From assembly GCA_965240325.2 (NCBI GenBank), contig OZ251246.1:1054001-1118000 (forward strand): a stretch of 64,000 nucleotides of DNA. The letters run 5' to 3'. Both the position numbers and the translations under genes were made by a program. Each line of letters begins with the position of its first letter. The stretch's first letter is position 1. This document shows, in pieces, positions 42,846 through 53,404 of this stretch. The notes beneath the pieces were generated by a model. The model was not told where the DNA came from, made no database searches, and saw only the letters and a list, made by a program, of their open reading frames with translations. This DNA comes from Rebecca billardiae RCC1528 (lineage: Eukaryota > Protista > Haptophyta).

Positions 42846-45800
42846 ATGGGGGTAACCGGGCAACGGTTGCGCAGTACAGGCTGGTCTCACCAAGAACTTC
42901 CCGAGGCTTTGGATTTTTTTTTCAGTCCCACTGCGTCTGCGGAAAATTCTCGATGGCGCCATTAAATCGGCCGCATCGAGAGCTCTCCGACGAGGGGTCG
43001 CACGCCTCTGTCCGCCCCGCCGTTGTCGAGATTCAAACCCCCACCCCCCTGCAAAAAATGAACGGCGCGCGATCTCGGTCCGTGCGACCCCTAGTGGTGT
43101 TGTTCACACGGTTGCCCGTACCCCAAGCCCCTCTCCTCATCCCCACCCTCGCTGTAGCACTGAAACATTGCGTCGTTGTTCTCGCCCGCAGAAGCCGCCG
43201 AGCGTTGCGGGTCAACGTGGGACCTGGCATGAGTGACAGGTGTCTTCATGTCCCACAGCGCGTCTCTCCCATGCTGTCGATGTATGTGGGCCTCATCGCG
43301 CTCGTTGCAACGTCCTTCCTGCGCCTCCCCACCTGTATCAGTGCCTGACGATGTTGCTTGGAGCACACTCAACCCGCCTTGCCGCCGCACTGTTCAGGGC
43401 GGAACTCCTTCGCAATGTTGAAGCGTGCGGCTGCCCTTGACAGACGTACGTAGGCTCTCGCACCCCCCGCTTCCACTGCGACAGATTCGAATACCTGCTG
43501 CGAGTGAGCCAACTGCGACGAAGTGCAATGTGCTCGTCGTGTTCGTTCGGAGCCGTTCGAGCGGCGCGCAAGTGACAAGTGCATCTGGCGAGGTCCCACC
43601 AACAGAGGCAGGGGCTTTGGCAGTAACCACAGCGCTCATGGAACGGCTCGCGCGGGCGCAGTCATCAAGCAGTGCGCCATGCTCCGCCTCCGCGCGGGCC
43701 AGGTCCGCGCGTGGCCGACCTCGTGGTGATGGATGCCGCCTGGGCGTCCGAAGCGGCAGAAGCCCGCCGGACTGCGGAAACCCCGACGAAACCTCAGTTC
43801 AGCGCCACTTCAGACTGCTCGGCCCACTGTGAAAACCACTGTGACGGCGCCTCCGCGGCGGAGCGCCGGGCACGAGGTGAGCGACGCGCGCGGCTCCGCG
43901 GACAATTTTGTCGGGGACTAGACCCACGATGCGAGCGATCGTACTCAGCCGATTCCCCGTGCTCGCCCGCCGCGAGCGCGGACACGTCGGCAGCGCTCGG
44001 GAAGTTCTTGGTGAGACCAGCCTGTATGGCCCGGCAGCTCCAGCCCGCGCACGTCACGATGGTGTTCGTGCTCGCCGAGGCCGTGCGCGAGGAGCTCGGG
44101 GCACTCGTCGCGGCCGGGGAGCCCGGCTCATCGCAGGCTCGCGCCTTCCTCGAGCCCAGTCAGCCGGGCGCGCGCGCGCTCGAGGGCTTTGGCGCGGACG
44201 GCTCCGCGCCCGCCGCGGCCGCACGCTCCGGCGCTCTGTTCAACGATTATTACAAGTTCAGCATGCTGCCCGTGATCCGCGCGCTCGAGCGCGACGCGGG
44301 CGGCGACGTGCACGTGGTGTTCGCGCTGAACGTGCGCTCGTCGGCCGACCGTGCCGCGCTCGACGACGACGCGCGGCGCGGCGGCCCGCTCCTCGCGCGC
44401 GTGGCCCGCGCGCTCCACACGCTGCGTGCGCGCGTGTTTGCGCGCGACGACCCGGCGCTGCTCGAGGACGGGGCAGGCTGCGACGCGCGCGCGCTCGACG
44501 CGCTGTGCGGCGAGGCAGGCGAGCCCGCGCGCCCCCTCGTCGACGCCGTGTGCGTCCGCGCGCCCGACGACGACGCCCTGCAGCCCTCGCCCAGCACGAG
44601 TGCCAGGCCAGGCCGCGGCCGCGCTGACGGCCGCGTCGTGCTGTGCGCGTACGTGCGCGGCGGGCGGCTGCACGTCGAGGCGGGCGGGCCGTGGCATCGC
44701 GTGACGATGGTCGAGACGCCGCTGATGCAGGCCGTGTACGCCGCGCTGCTCGACCAGCGCCGCGTGGCGCGCGGCGAGCCGCGCGCGCGCTGGCTCGCGC
44801 GCGCGCTGTGCCGTTGCGCGCGCGCCGTCGACGCTGTCAACTCGAGCGGCCTGCGCGCCGCGCTCTTCGCGGGGCGTCGGTGCGCGGGGCTGGACTGGCT
44901 CGTGCTGCAGAACGCGTACTGCGCCGCGCACCTCCGCCGCCCGCTCGGCACCTCCTCCGTCAGCGCGAGCGCCTGGCTGCGCGCGCGCGCGCTGCCATCC
45001 CTGCAGCCAGCGGGCACGCATGCGCACGAGCTGAGCCTGGTGCTGGCGGCGCTGCAGCCGGGGCTGGACGAGCTGGCGGGCGGCTGCGTGGCGACGCAGT
45101 GCCTCGGGCACGCGCTGTACCTCGCGCTCGGCCGGCCGCGCGGCGACGCCCGCCCGCCCGACCGGCACGCGCTCATGCCGCTGCTGAGTGACACGCTGCG
45201 CACGCGCGCTTTCCTGGAAACGGCGCGCGCCGTGCACCTGCCTGCGGCCGAGGGGGGCGGCGCGCGTGCGTACCACGCGGCGCACCGCGGCGTGAGCGTG
45301 CTCGGCGCGTGCGGCGGCGCAAGGCACGACTCAGGCGACCCGCGCGCGTTCCGCGACCGCGTGCTCGCCGCGGTCGCGGCGGACGCGGCCAGCTCAGACC
45401 GCGCGGCCGAGGCGGGCGCGGCTAAGCGCGTGCCGCCCGCCTCGGCCGCCGAGGGCGGGGCACCGGCCGCCGCTGCGGCGCGGCCGTTTGTGCTGCTCGC
45501 GTCCGATGTCGGCAGCATGGCGGATCTGGAGGCGGTGCGCGCGGCGGGGTTCGACGCGCTCGGCGCCGGCGGCTTCTTCGGAGAGTCCGAGGGCGCGTGG
45601 CCCGCCGCGCACGCCGCCACGACGCCGGGCGCGCACAGCGAACGGCCGCCGCCGCCGCAGCAGCAGCACGCGCCGTACCCGCCCATCTCCCTCGCCGTCA
45701 AGCCGGTGGCGGTGTGGGTGCGCGGCGAGCGCACGCGCGTGCACCCGGTCAAGCTGGGCGACGGCGAGCGCGGGGACAAGTTCGAGGCGGACGCCACGCT

Positions 45801-45939
45801 GAGCGCGCACGAGCTGGCGGCCGCTCGCGAGCGCGCGGAGTGGCTCTCGCGCTGCGCGGAACGAGGCGTGGAGGGCGAGGCAGCGGCCGCTCTGGACAGC
45901 CAGTTTGGCGCGCTGGTGGCGCGCGTCCTCGCAGCTTAG
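42846..45939 (+). CDS. NAPRT: Nicotinate phosphoribosyltransferase; first 10 codons (42846-42876) separated from the rest (44026-45939) by a transposon
   Basis: NDYYKFSM, VETPLM, FAGRR, GTSSV, AGTHAHE, LSDT, RHDSGDP and LASD motifs. The empty-site join reads MGVTGQRLRSMARQLQP in frame. Confidence 0.88.
42877..44024. mobile_element. Non-autonomous Tc1/mariner-type element (1148 bp, TA TSD)
   Basis: Perfect 29-bp TIRs CAGGCTGGTCTCACCAAGAACTTCCCGAG; TA at 42875-42876 and 44025-44026. Confidence 0.93.
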
Positions 45940-46279
45940 CCGGCCACACATGCTCGGGTCAGTAGGACTCGGCCCTGCGCAGACGGCCCGGACGCTGACG
46001 ACGACTACGACTCATCGGAATAAGCGATCGGATGAGGCAGTCTCAGCCACCGTCGACTACGTGAACCCGCGCGGGATGACGACGACTGACGAGTCACGAC
46101 GACGACGCGGGCAGTAGTCTTATAGTCGTCGTCTATATCGCGTCGTCGCAGCAGTCGTCACTTTTGACTTTACTACGCGTGTAGTGATGACTTGATGACG
46201 ATAAAGTGATGACGAATATATATATATATATATGTGTGTGATGTAGTCACTAGATAGTGTCAGTGTACGTGTCGGTGTG

Positions 46280-46317
46280 TCGGTGTGTGTGTGTGTGTGT
46301 GCATGTGTGTGTGTGCA

Positions 46318-46348
<31 letters not shown>

Positions 46349-46395
46349 TGTGTGTACTAGCTACGTGTGTGTGTGTGTTTAGTGTGTGTGTGTGT
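46280..46395. repeat. Imperfect (GT)n microsatellite
   Basis: Direct observation. Confidence 0.9.
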
Positions 46396-46843
46396 CCTTG
46401 ATTGACCTTGCGTACGCAACCAATGCCTGGATGGCGGCAGGCGCATACTTATATATGATGCAGACACTGCTTGTTGGGATGATTTTCTCGTCGTCGTAGA
46501 ACATGTTGCAGCCCACAGCAGGCTGCCGTGGGGCACAGCAGGCAGCGACCAGAAGCAGGCGAGTGCGCGAGATGGATATCGCGCCACGCCGTAAGATCCC
46601 ATTGGTGTTGGAGCTGGTGCCTGGTGTGGTGTGAGCGCGTTGGCACGAAAGCGGCTGCGAAACAGGCGGCACACAGCTGAAAGCCGCGCAGCTGAAAATC
46701 GAGCTCGGCTGGCTCGCCAAGCAGCCGGTGCGGGTGAAAAGCCGAGATCGAATCTGACGAGGCGGTAGCTTCGGCGAGCCTCCTTAGTCCTTGGCGAGCG
46801 GATACTGGCAGCTTCGTCGCCTGGCTGCAGCAGATGAGTAGAC

Positions 46844-47475
46844 TATTGGGTAAACGCGAGCTCCGAGCGTCTCGAGCCCTGCTAAAAGCTCACCGGCACG
46901 TCCTCGGGCGCGTCGTCGGTGACGCCCACGAAGGCAATCTCGACCCTCGCTCTTCGGACGAGCGAAGCTAATCCTCCTGCCGCAACCAACTTTCGGTTGC
47001 GCAGGGTGACACGGCGTTTTGCGGCCCGGCTCGGGAATCTTGTAACCTTCCTGAGCCCCGCTTCCGTGCGTCCGCCAATCGCAGGCGTTACCGACGCACC
47101 GCCGTAAGCTCATCTTTCCCCCAGGTACTCGGTAATGTCATCGGACCTGGGTAAGCTGCGCACGGACCCATGGCGCCCGCCTGTGCCGCCGGCGTGCCAT
47201 CCGTGCCGCGTGCGCCGGGCCGTACCGCCCGCGCACGCGCCGCGTCCGTGTCGCACCGCGTCCGCGCTGCCGCGTCCGCGCTCCGCGTCCACGTCGCTCC
47301 GCGCCAGCGCTGCTGCGCTCGCGCTCCTGCCGCCGCGCGCGCCGCGCGCGCGCGCCGCCAGAGCCAGCCACTGCGTAGCTGATGCCGCCGGCCCGCCTGG
47401 TGCGGCGCCGGCCCTGACGTCCCAGCGGCGACGCCATCTGCTGAGATGCGCGCCCCAGGCTGCGTCAGCTCAACA
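46844..47475 (-). repeat. 3' LTR of the Copia element
   Basis: Direct repeat of 53405-54036. Confidence 0.96.
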
Positions 47476-47511
47476 CCCCCCCTCGACAGCCATAGCCGCG
47501 AGCTGCGCCGC

Positions 47512-50500
47512 TTACCGCGCGCGCGTCGGGTGTCGGTCCACCATGATGGCGTCGACGTGCCGCTTGAACGTCGCACCGTCCGTCGCCTTCGTCATGATGT
47601 CAGAGTGGTTGAGCGAGGTGTGTACCTTGACCACCTTCACCTTGCCACCCTCCTGCGCGTCACGCACATAGTGATGCTTGATCTCGATGTGCTTCGAGCG
47701 CTTGTGGTGCACAGGATTCTCCACGAGGTCGATAGCCCCCTTGTTGTCCTCTCGCACCTCCGTCGCGGCCCGCGGCGGCTGCCGCATGGACTCGAGTATG
47801 CTCCGCAAGTAGCTCACCTCGCGGCAGCAATCGCTCAGCGCGACGTACTCCGCCTCCGTCGAGCTCAGCGAGACTGTACCTTGCAGCCCGCTGTGCCACG
47901 ACACCGGCGCCCCATTGTAGAACACAATGTATCCACCCGTCGACCTGCCCTTGGTCTCCACCGGATTGCTTGCCCAATCGGAGTCAGCGAAAGCAAGTAG
48001 GTCGGGGTGCTCGGAATCTGTCGCAAACTTGAACAAGATTCCCAATCGCGGGCATCCACGTAAGTAGCGCAGCACGCGCTTCGCACTTACCAGATCCACC
48101 GCCCGCGGACGTGACATGCGTCGCGTCAGCATGTTCACCGCGTGCGCGATGTCCGGCCGCGCCGTGACCATCGCAAACATGAGACATCCCACCATCGCCT
48201 GGTAGTTCTCAATCTCCGCGCGCTGCAGCAACGCCTCGTCGTCGTCGCTCAGCTGCGCCCGCGCCGCCGGCTCCGGCGTGCGCGCCGGCGTGCTCACGTT
48301 CAAACCGAACCGCTGAAGCACGCTCTCGACGTACGGCCCCAGATGCATCAGGATGCCGTCGTCATGAACTTCAAACACGGCGCCCAGGAACTTATCGAGC
48401 CGCTCACTCAGCTTGATCTCGTAATGCTCCTTCAGGTCAGCCGCCAGCTTCTCCACCGCGCGCGCGTCGCGCGTCAGGTTGAGAAACAGCAAGTCGTCGA
48501 CAAAGCCGCCCGCGATGATGAACTCGCCCGGCGCCGACTCCTTGACGTAGATGCACGGCGCACTCGGACACTCCGAGAAGCCGCGCGCGAGCAGCTGGGT
48601 GCGGTGCGTGCGATGCCACGCGCGCCCAGACTGGCGTAGGCCCGGATACGCCTTCAGGCTCCGGCCCACGACTTTGTACCCCGGCGGCGCCTGCGTGCTC
48701 GGCACGTAGCCCGGCGGGAATGAGAAGAGAGGCCGCTCATCCGGCTTCAACTCCGAGTTGAGGTACGCGTCCTTGACGTCGCCCTTCGACAGTATGCCCA
48801 GCGCCGCAACCGACGCTGCACCCAAGTCGACTCTCGCGCCCGCCTGCTGAGCGGCGATCGCCACGAGTAGTCGCACTTGTTCCGGCCGGATCGTCGGAGC
48901 AAAGACCTCCTGAAAGTCGATCCCCGGCCGCTGTAGGTTCCCCAGTAGCACCGACCGCGCCTTGAAGCGCGTCACCTCGCCCTCCGGGTTCGACTTCACG
49001 TCAAAGACCCACTGGCTCGGCAACAGCCGCGTGCCCTCCGGAACCACCACCTCCTCCGAGGTGCCGAGCAACTTGTGACCTTCCAAGTGCTCGAGCATGG
49101 CGCCCTGCCACTGGGGCGCCTCCGCCGACCGCATCGCCTCGCGATAGTTCGTCGGCACCTTCACGTTGATCTTCTGGAACACCGACGCGGCGCTGACGAC
49201 GGCAGTAAGCAGCTGCGGCCGTCGGCGTGACGTCCGATCCCTGCGAAGCGGATCGTGTCCCATATCCAGACCGGGCGGCGGCGCGTCCTCGATCACGCCG
49301 TCGTCACCGTCTGCGCCGCGCGGCGACCCGCCAGCATCTGCTGCGGTCCCGCGCCGTGATTCCGTCGGCGGTATCTGATCCTGCCGACCCGGCTGCGTCA
49401 TCGACGCGCCTGCCCCGTCACGCCCGCCCTGCGGCGTCGGCGTCGACGGCTCTGCGCCAGCGCTGCTGCACCCGCGATGTCCCGCGTCCACGCTGCTGCG
49501 CCCGCGCCCCGACGTTGACGCATCTGCGTCGTCGTCGTACCCGACGTCGAACTCTGTCGCGTCGTCATCCCCGGCGTCGGCTGGCGTCTCGCCGCCATCG
49601 CCGTCCTCGTCCTCACCGTCGGCGTCACCGCCGACTGGACGATGTCCGCCGCTTACCGCGGCGTCGTCACCATCACCCACGTACGCGCCACCGTCAGGTG
49701 CGCCCAGCGACGAGTGCCCCCCCTCGACCAGGTCGGTCTCGTCGATGCGTACGTCACGTGAGTGAACGAGACGTCCGTCGTCTAAACGACATACGTACCC
49801 AAGCACGTAGCGCCATGTACCGCGCCACTGCACGCCGTGCCCACCCCAGAGATAGACACGTCCGGGTAGTGCGCGCTGCTTCAGCTGCCCCAATGCATTG
49901 CGCCGTGCGCCCAGCATCAGCACGCGGCAGCGCGCGCCAAACGCCACGTGATGCTTCCACGTCGGACGTTTGCCAAAGAACAGCTCATCCGGCGTGAGCC
50001 ACTCAATGTCTCCATCGTCACGAATGATACCACGTGACGCCAGTCGATTGCGCGACGCGCATGCGTGCCACGCCGCGTAGTGCCAATCGACCCTCGAGAC
50101 TCCACGCGCAACGACCGTGGCGCGCAGTCTCGACTTCAGCGTGCGGATAGCGCGTTCCGCCACGCCATTCGAGCTCGGCGAGTCGGGCGCCGACGTGACC
50201 GTCGACGAGAACCCAAGCTTCGCCAGCTCACCCTCGACGTACGTACTCAGCAACGTCGAGCCACCGTCGGTGTGAATATGGCGTCGCGCCATAGTACACC
50301 CCGACGCCAGGACCCAATGCGACATGTGCATGGCCCCTGTACCAAGCAACTGCGCGTACCAGCGGAATGCCCGACCAACCTCGGCGTCATCCAAGCTGCG
50401 TAGCGCGTACACTTGCCATCGACGTGAATGCCCATCGATGAATATGATCCCATGAGGATACCCTCCACGCGCGCCATCGGCCCCAACTGGTAAGTCGATG

Positions 50501-50796
50501 CGTGCCATGGAGAAGATGTCGACGTGCGTCACCTGCCCAGGGTAGTGCGCCGTCGGCATTGCGTCCGCGAACGGCCGCCGCGTCATGCCCGCCGCCGACT
50601 GCTCGTCGAGCGACTCACGCCGCGCGTTCGCCCCCTCCATCCCCTCGGCCACGCGTCGCGTGCGCTCGAGTAGACGTTGGTCATTGGTGCCCGTTCGAAC
50701 CGACCAAGTGCGCAACCACGCCGGATCAGCGCCTCGCGCCGCCTCCGTAGTGTTTGTGGTTCGCACCTGCGCGGGTTCCGGGCTTAGGCGTTTGGG
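47512..50796 (-). CDS. pol: Copia integrase-RT-RNase H ORF (in the -1 frame relative to gag-PR)
   Basis: THVDI..FIDGHSR..HTDGG..NGVAERAIRTL (IN); KARSV..GIDFQEVFAP, DVKDAYL and FVDDL (RT); ADSDWA, STEAEY, EDNKGA and SKHIEIKHH (RNase H). Confidence 0.95.
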   Translation of the reverse strand, partial: PKRLSPEPAQVRTTNTTEAARGADPAWLRTWSVRTGTNDQRLLERTRRVAEGMEGANARRESLDEQSAAGMTRRPFADAMPTAHYPGQVTHVDIFSMARIDLPVGADGARGGYPHGIIFIDGHSRRWQVYALRSLDDAEVGRAFRWYAQLLGTGAMHMSHWVLASGCTMARRHIHTDGGSTLLSTYVEGELAKLGFSSTVTSAPDSPSSNGVAERAIRTLKSRLRATVVARGVSRVDWHYAAWHACASRNRLASRGIIRDDGDIEWLTPDELFFGKRPTWKHHVAFGARCRVLMLGARRNALGQLKQRALPGRVYLWGGHGVQWRGTWRYVLGYVCRLDDGRLVHSRDVRIDETDLVEGGHSSLGAPDGGAYVGDGDDAAVSGGHRPVGGDADGEDEDGDGGETPADAGDDDATEFDVGYDDDADASTSGRGRSSVDAGHRGCSSAGAEPSTPTPQGGRDGAGASMTQPGRQDQIPPTESRRGTAADAGGSPRGADGDDGVIEDAPPPGLDMGHDPLRRDRTSRRRPQLLTAVVSAASVFQKINVKVPTNYREAMRSAEAPQWQGAMLEHLEGHKLLGTSEEVVVPEGTRLLPSQWVFDVKSNPEGEVTRFKARSVLLGNLQRPGIDFQEVFAPTIRPEQVRLLVAIAAQQAGARVDLGAASVAALGILSKGDVKDAYLNSELKPDERPLFSFPPGYVPSTQAPPGYKVVGRSLKAYPGLRQSGRAWHRTHRTQLLARGFSECPSAPCIYVKESAPGEFIIAGGFVDDLLFLNLTRDARAVEKLAADLKEHYEIKLSERLDKFLGAVFEVHDDGILMHLGPYVESVLQRFGLNVSTPARTPEPAARAQLSDDDEALLQRAEIENYQAMVGCLMFAMVTARPDIAHAVNMLTRRMSRPRAVDLVSAKRVLRYLRGCPRLGILFKFATDSEHPDLLAFADSDWASNPVETKGRSTGGYIVFYNGAPVSWHSGLQGTVSLSSTEAEYVALSDCCREVSYLRSILESMRQPPRAATEVREDNKGAIDLVENPVHHKRSKHIEIKHHYVRDAQEGGKVKVVKVHTSLNHSDIMTKATDGATFKRHVDAIMVDRHPTRAR

Positions 50797-53348
50797 GGCG
50801 GCGCAGCGCCAATGCGCCCCCGCCCCGCGCCCACGCGCCGCACTGGCGCCCTGCGCCGTGCGCGCGCCTCCGCCGGCGCATCGCCGACGTCCGGCCCCAC
50901 CTGGCGCCGTACGATCTCGGCGCGCAGCGTGGAATCGCGCGGCAGCTGCACGACGCCGCCTCCCAGCGCCGTAAAGTCCGCAGTGTTGCCGCGCTGCGAG
51001 TAGTGGAACTCGATGCCTGCGTCTGCGCAGTGCTCGACCGACAGCAGCGGCGCCGTGACGCGCCGCGACGCCCACGCCTCGATCTCGAGCGTGAGGACCT
51101 TGTCGCTGTCGTCGTCCGCCGCAAGCTTGACCACCAGGGTCCCGCGGTGAGTGACCCGCTCCCGCGCACCGTTCCCCCACTCGATCTGACATGCGCCGTC
51201 CACCGGGGTAAGATTCGTCAAATCCTCGGCCATGGCGATGTTCTTCCGTGCGCCAGTGTCAAACACCAACGCCCGCGTGTTGTCCTCCGGCGGCGCCACG
51301 CGTGCCTCGGCCGCCCGCGCCGCGACGATCTCGATGTCCTCGTCGCGCTGCGCCCTGCCGCCGATAGCCGCGCCAATAGGCGCCAAGCCGAGTCCGGCGC
51401 CGGCGCCGCCGCCGTCTCCGGCGTCAGCGTCACCGTCGCCACCAACGGCGCCGTCGGGCTCGTCACCCTGCTCGGGTGCGAACGCGACCTGCGTGCGGAC
51501 CGTGCCGCCGCCGTTGCCATTCCCGACCACGGCGCGGGTGCTGCCCCCCGCACCGCCGCCGCCACCGCCACCGCCGCTCCGATGTGAGCCACGGCTGCGA
51601 TCCGACCGCGTCGACGCCGCGTCATCGCCAGCGTTCGAGTCGCGATCAGCCTGCGTCACCTGCGGGCAGTAACGCTTGATATGCCCCACGGCGCCGCACT
51701 TGTAGCAGCGCGGCCCGTGCGCGTCGTCGGAGTCGTCCTGGCCTCCGCGGCCGGCGCCGCGGCCAGTGCCGCCGCCGCCACCGCCACGACCTCCGCCGCC
51801 GCCACCACGGCCAGCCGGCGACGTCGTGTCGCCGCCGCCGCCACCCGCCGACGCCGCCGCCGCCTGCGCCAGGCGGAGCCCGTCGATTGGGTGCGCGCGG
51901 GTAGCGCCGCCGCCTCCTGGCGTGCGGCCACCCGCCCCTGGGCGCCCAGGGCCGCCGCGGTCAACCCGCTTGCCCTTGGAGAAGTCCCAGTCCTCGAACT
52001 TGCCGTTGAGCTCGTGCACGAGCTCCTGCACGTCGAAGTTCGTCACGGTCCTGTAGTCCTTCGACTCGTACCGCGTCCGCATCTCGATGCCCGCGCCCAC
52101 CGGCGGAATGAACTCGATGAGCCGCGCAAGCATCTCCGCCGCTGGCGCTGCGTCACTCAGCTCCTGCAGCAGCACGTGGTTGTGCTGTAGCACCTGGAAG
52201 AGCTCGAGTGCGCCGACGCCGTCCTTGCCGCAGTCCGGCAGGACCGTCCGATGCCAGCGTGCCCGCACCGACATGTACTTCCGCATGTCGTCGGGCTTGC
52301 GCATGCGCAGGATCGCCTTCCACAGGTACAGGAACTCGCGCCCCGGCGTAAGTGCGCCCAGGCGCGCGCGCTCCTCCTGCACCTCCGGCTGCGTCTCCAT
52401 GAGGCGGTTGATGTGCTGCCACGCAGCCTCCGTCACCCACGACCGCAGCTCGGTGCGTAAGAAAGCCGTCCCTTTCTCGTACTGCGCCCCGGCGTACTTG
52501 GCGGGGTCCGCCTCGTCGCCGTCCGGCGCTGCCTCCAACACGCTCTGTCGGAGCTTGATGTCCAGCATGGCGTGCTCGCTCGCCTGCCGCTCATACATCT
52601 GTTCCTCGGTCTCGCGCTCGCGGCGGTAGAGCTCGCGCGCGCGCGGATCGAGCGTCACGGCAGCGCCGCCCGCGGGCGCCGCGCCACCGATCCCGCCGGC
52701 GCCGCCCGTAGGCACCGCGCCGACGCCGGCGCCGCCCGCAGGCGTCGCGCCGTCAGTCCCAGCCGGCGCACCTGCCGCGCCGCCTGTGCCCACACCCGGA
52801 CCGGGTGTACCGGCCGCCGGACCCGGAAAAATTCCGGATCCGCCGCCCGCCGCCGGACCTGAACCCGGTCCGGTCGCCGTCGGGCCGCCCGGAGTGGCTA
52901 AACCACTCCCCGCGCCCGCCGAGGCAGCCTGCGCGTAGCTTGGCGCCTGCCTCGCCCCCGCCGCCGCCGCCGCCGCGCGTTCCGCCGCGGCCCGGCGCTC
53001 GGCGTGCTCGCGGCGCTCGTGCTCGTGGCGATGGTCGAGCAGCCGCTGCTGCAGCGCGTAGTTCTCACGCGCCAGGTCCATCCGCTCGGCACTGACCTTG
53101 ATCATCTTCGCCGCGGATGGGTTGAATGTCTCCCACGTCGAGTTGTACTCCTCGAGCGTGTTGATGCGGTGCTCCGCGTTCGGGCCGTGCGTCACGATGA
53201 TGCCGTTCAGTGCGGACATCGTAGCACCTTGCCCCGCCGGAAGCGCCGCCAGCCTGCTCGCCGATTGCGCGAGCCAGCGCTGCTGATTGCCCTTGTCGTT
53301 GAGCATCCCCACGTCGACCGAGCCGTAGTACCGGCCGCTCGTGCTCAT
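50784..53348 (-). CDS. gag: Copia Gag-protease ORF
   Basis: CYKCGAVGHIKRYC zinc knuckle and LVFDTGA aspartic protease motif; stop at 50784. The start codon (53348 or 53405) is uncertain. Confidence 0.9.
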   Translation of the reverse strand: MSTSGRYYGSVDVGMLNDKGNQQRWLAQSASRLAALPAGQGATMSALNGIIVTHGPNAEHRINTLEEYNSTWETFNPSAAKMIKVSAERMDLARENYALQQRLLDHRHEHERREHAERRAAAERAAAAAAGARQAPSYAQAASAGAGSGLATPGGPTATGPGSGPAAGGGSGIFPGPAAGTPGPGVGTGGAAGAPAGTDGATPAGGAGVGAVPTGGAGGIGGAAPAGGAAVTLDPRARELYRRERETEEQMYERQASEHAMLDIKLRQSVLEAAPDGDEADPAKYAGAQYEKGTAFLRTELRSWVTEAAWQHINRLMETQPEVQEERARLGALTPGREFLYLWKAILRMRKPDDMRKYMSVRARWHRTVLPDCGKDGVGALELFQVLQHNHVLLQELSDAAPAAEMLARLIEFIPPVGAGIEMRTRYESKDYRTVTNFDVQELVHELNGKFEDWDFSKGKRVDRGGPGRPGAGGRTPGGGGATRAHPIDGLRLAQAAAASAGGGGGDTTSPAGRGGGGGGRGGGGGGTGRGAGRGGQDDSDDAHGPRCYKCGAVGHIKRYCPQVTQADRDSNAGDDAASTRSDRSRGSHRSGGGGGGGGAGGSTRAVVGNGNGGGTVRTQVAFAPEQGDEPDGAVGGDGDADAGDGGGAGAGLGLAPIGAAIGGRAQRDEDIEIVAARAAEARVAPPEDNTRALVFDTGARKNIAMAEDLTNLTPVDGACQIEWGNGARERVTHRGTLVVKLAADDDSDKVLTLEIEAWASRRVTAPLLSVEHCADAGIEFHYSQRGNTADFTALGGGVVQLPRDSTLRAEIVRRQVGPDVGDAPAEARARRRAPVRRVGAGRGRIGAAPPPNA

Positions 53349-53404
53349 CGGCGCGATCGATGAGAAAGCGCCGCGCGTACGATCCCTCCCGATCGCTGCA
53401 TGCA

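Noticed and set aside
43672-44025. N-terminal extension of NAPRT in the ORF track
   Set aside because: Transposon sequence, including its right TIR.
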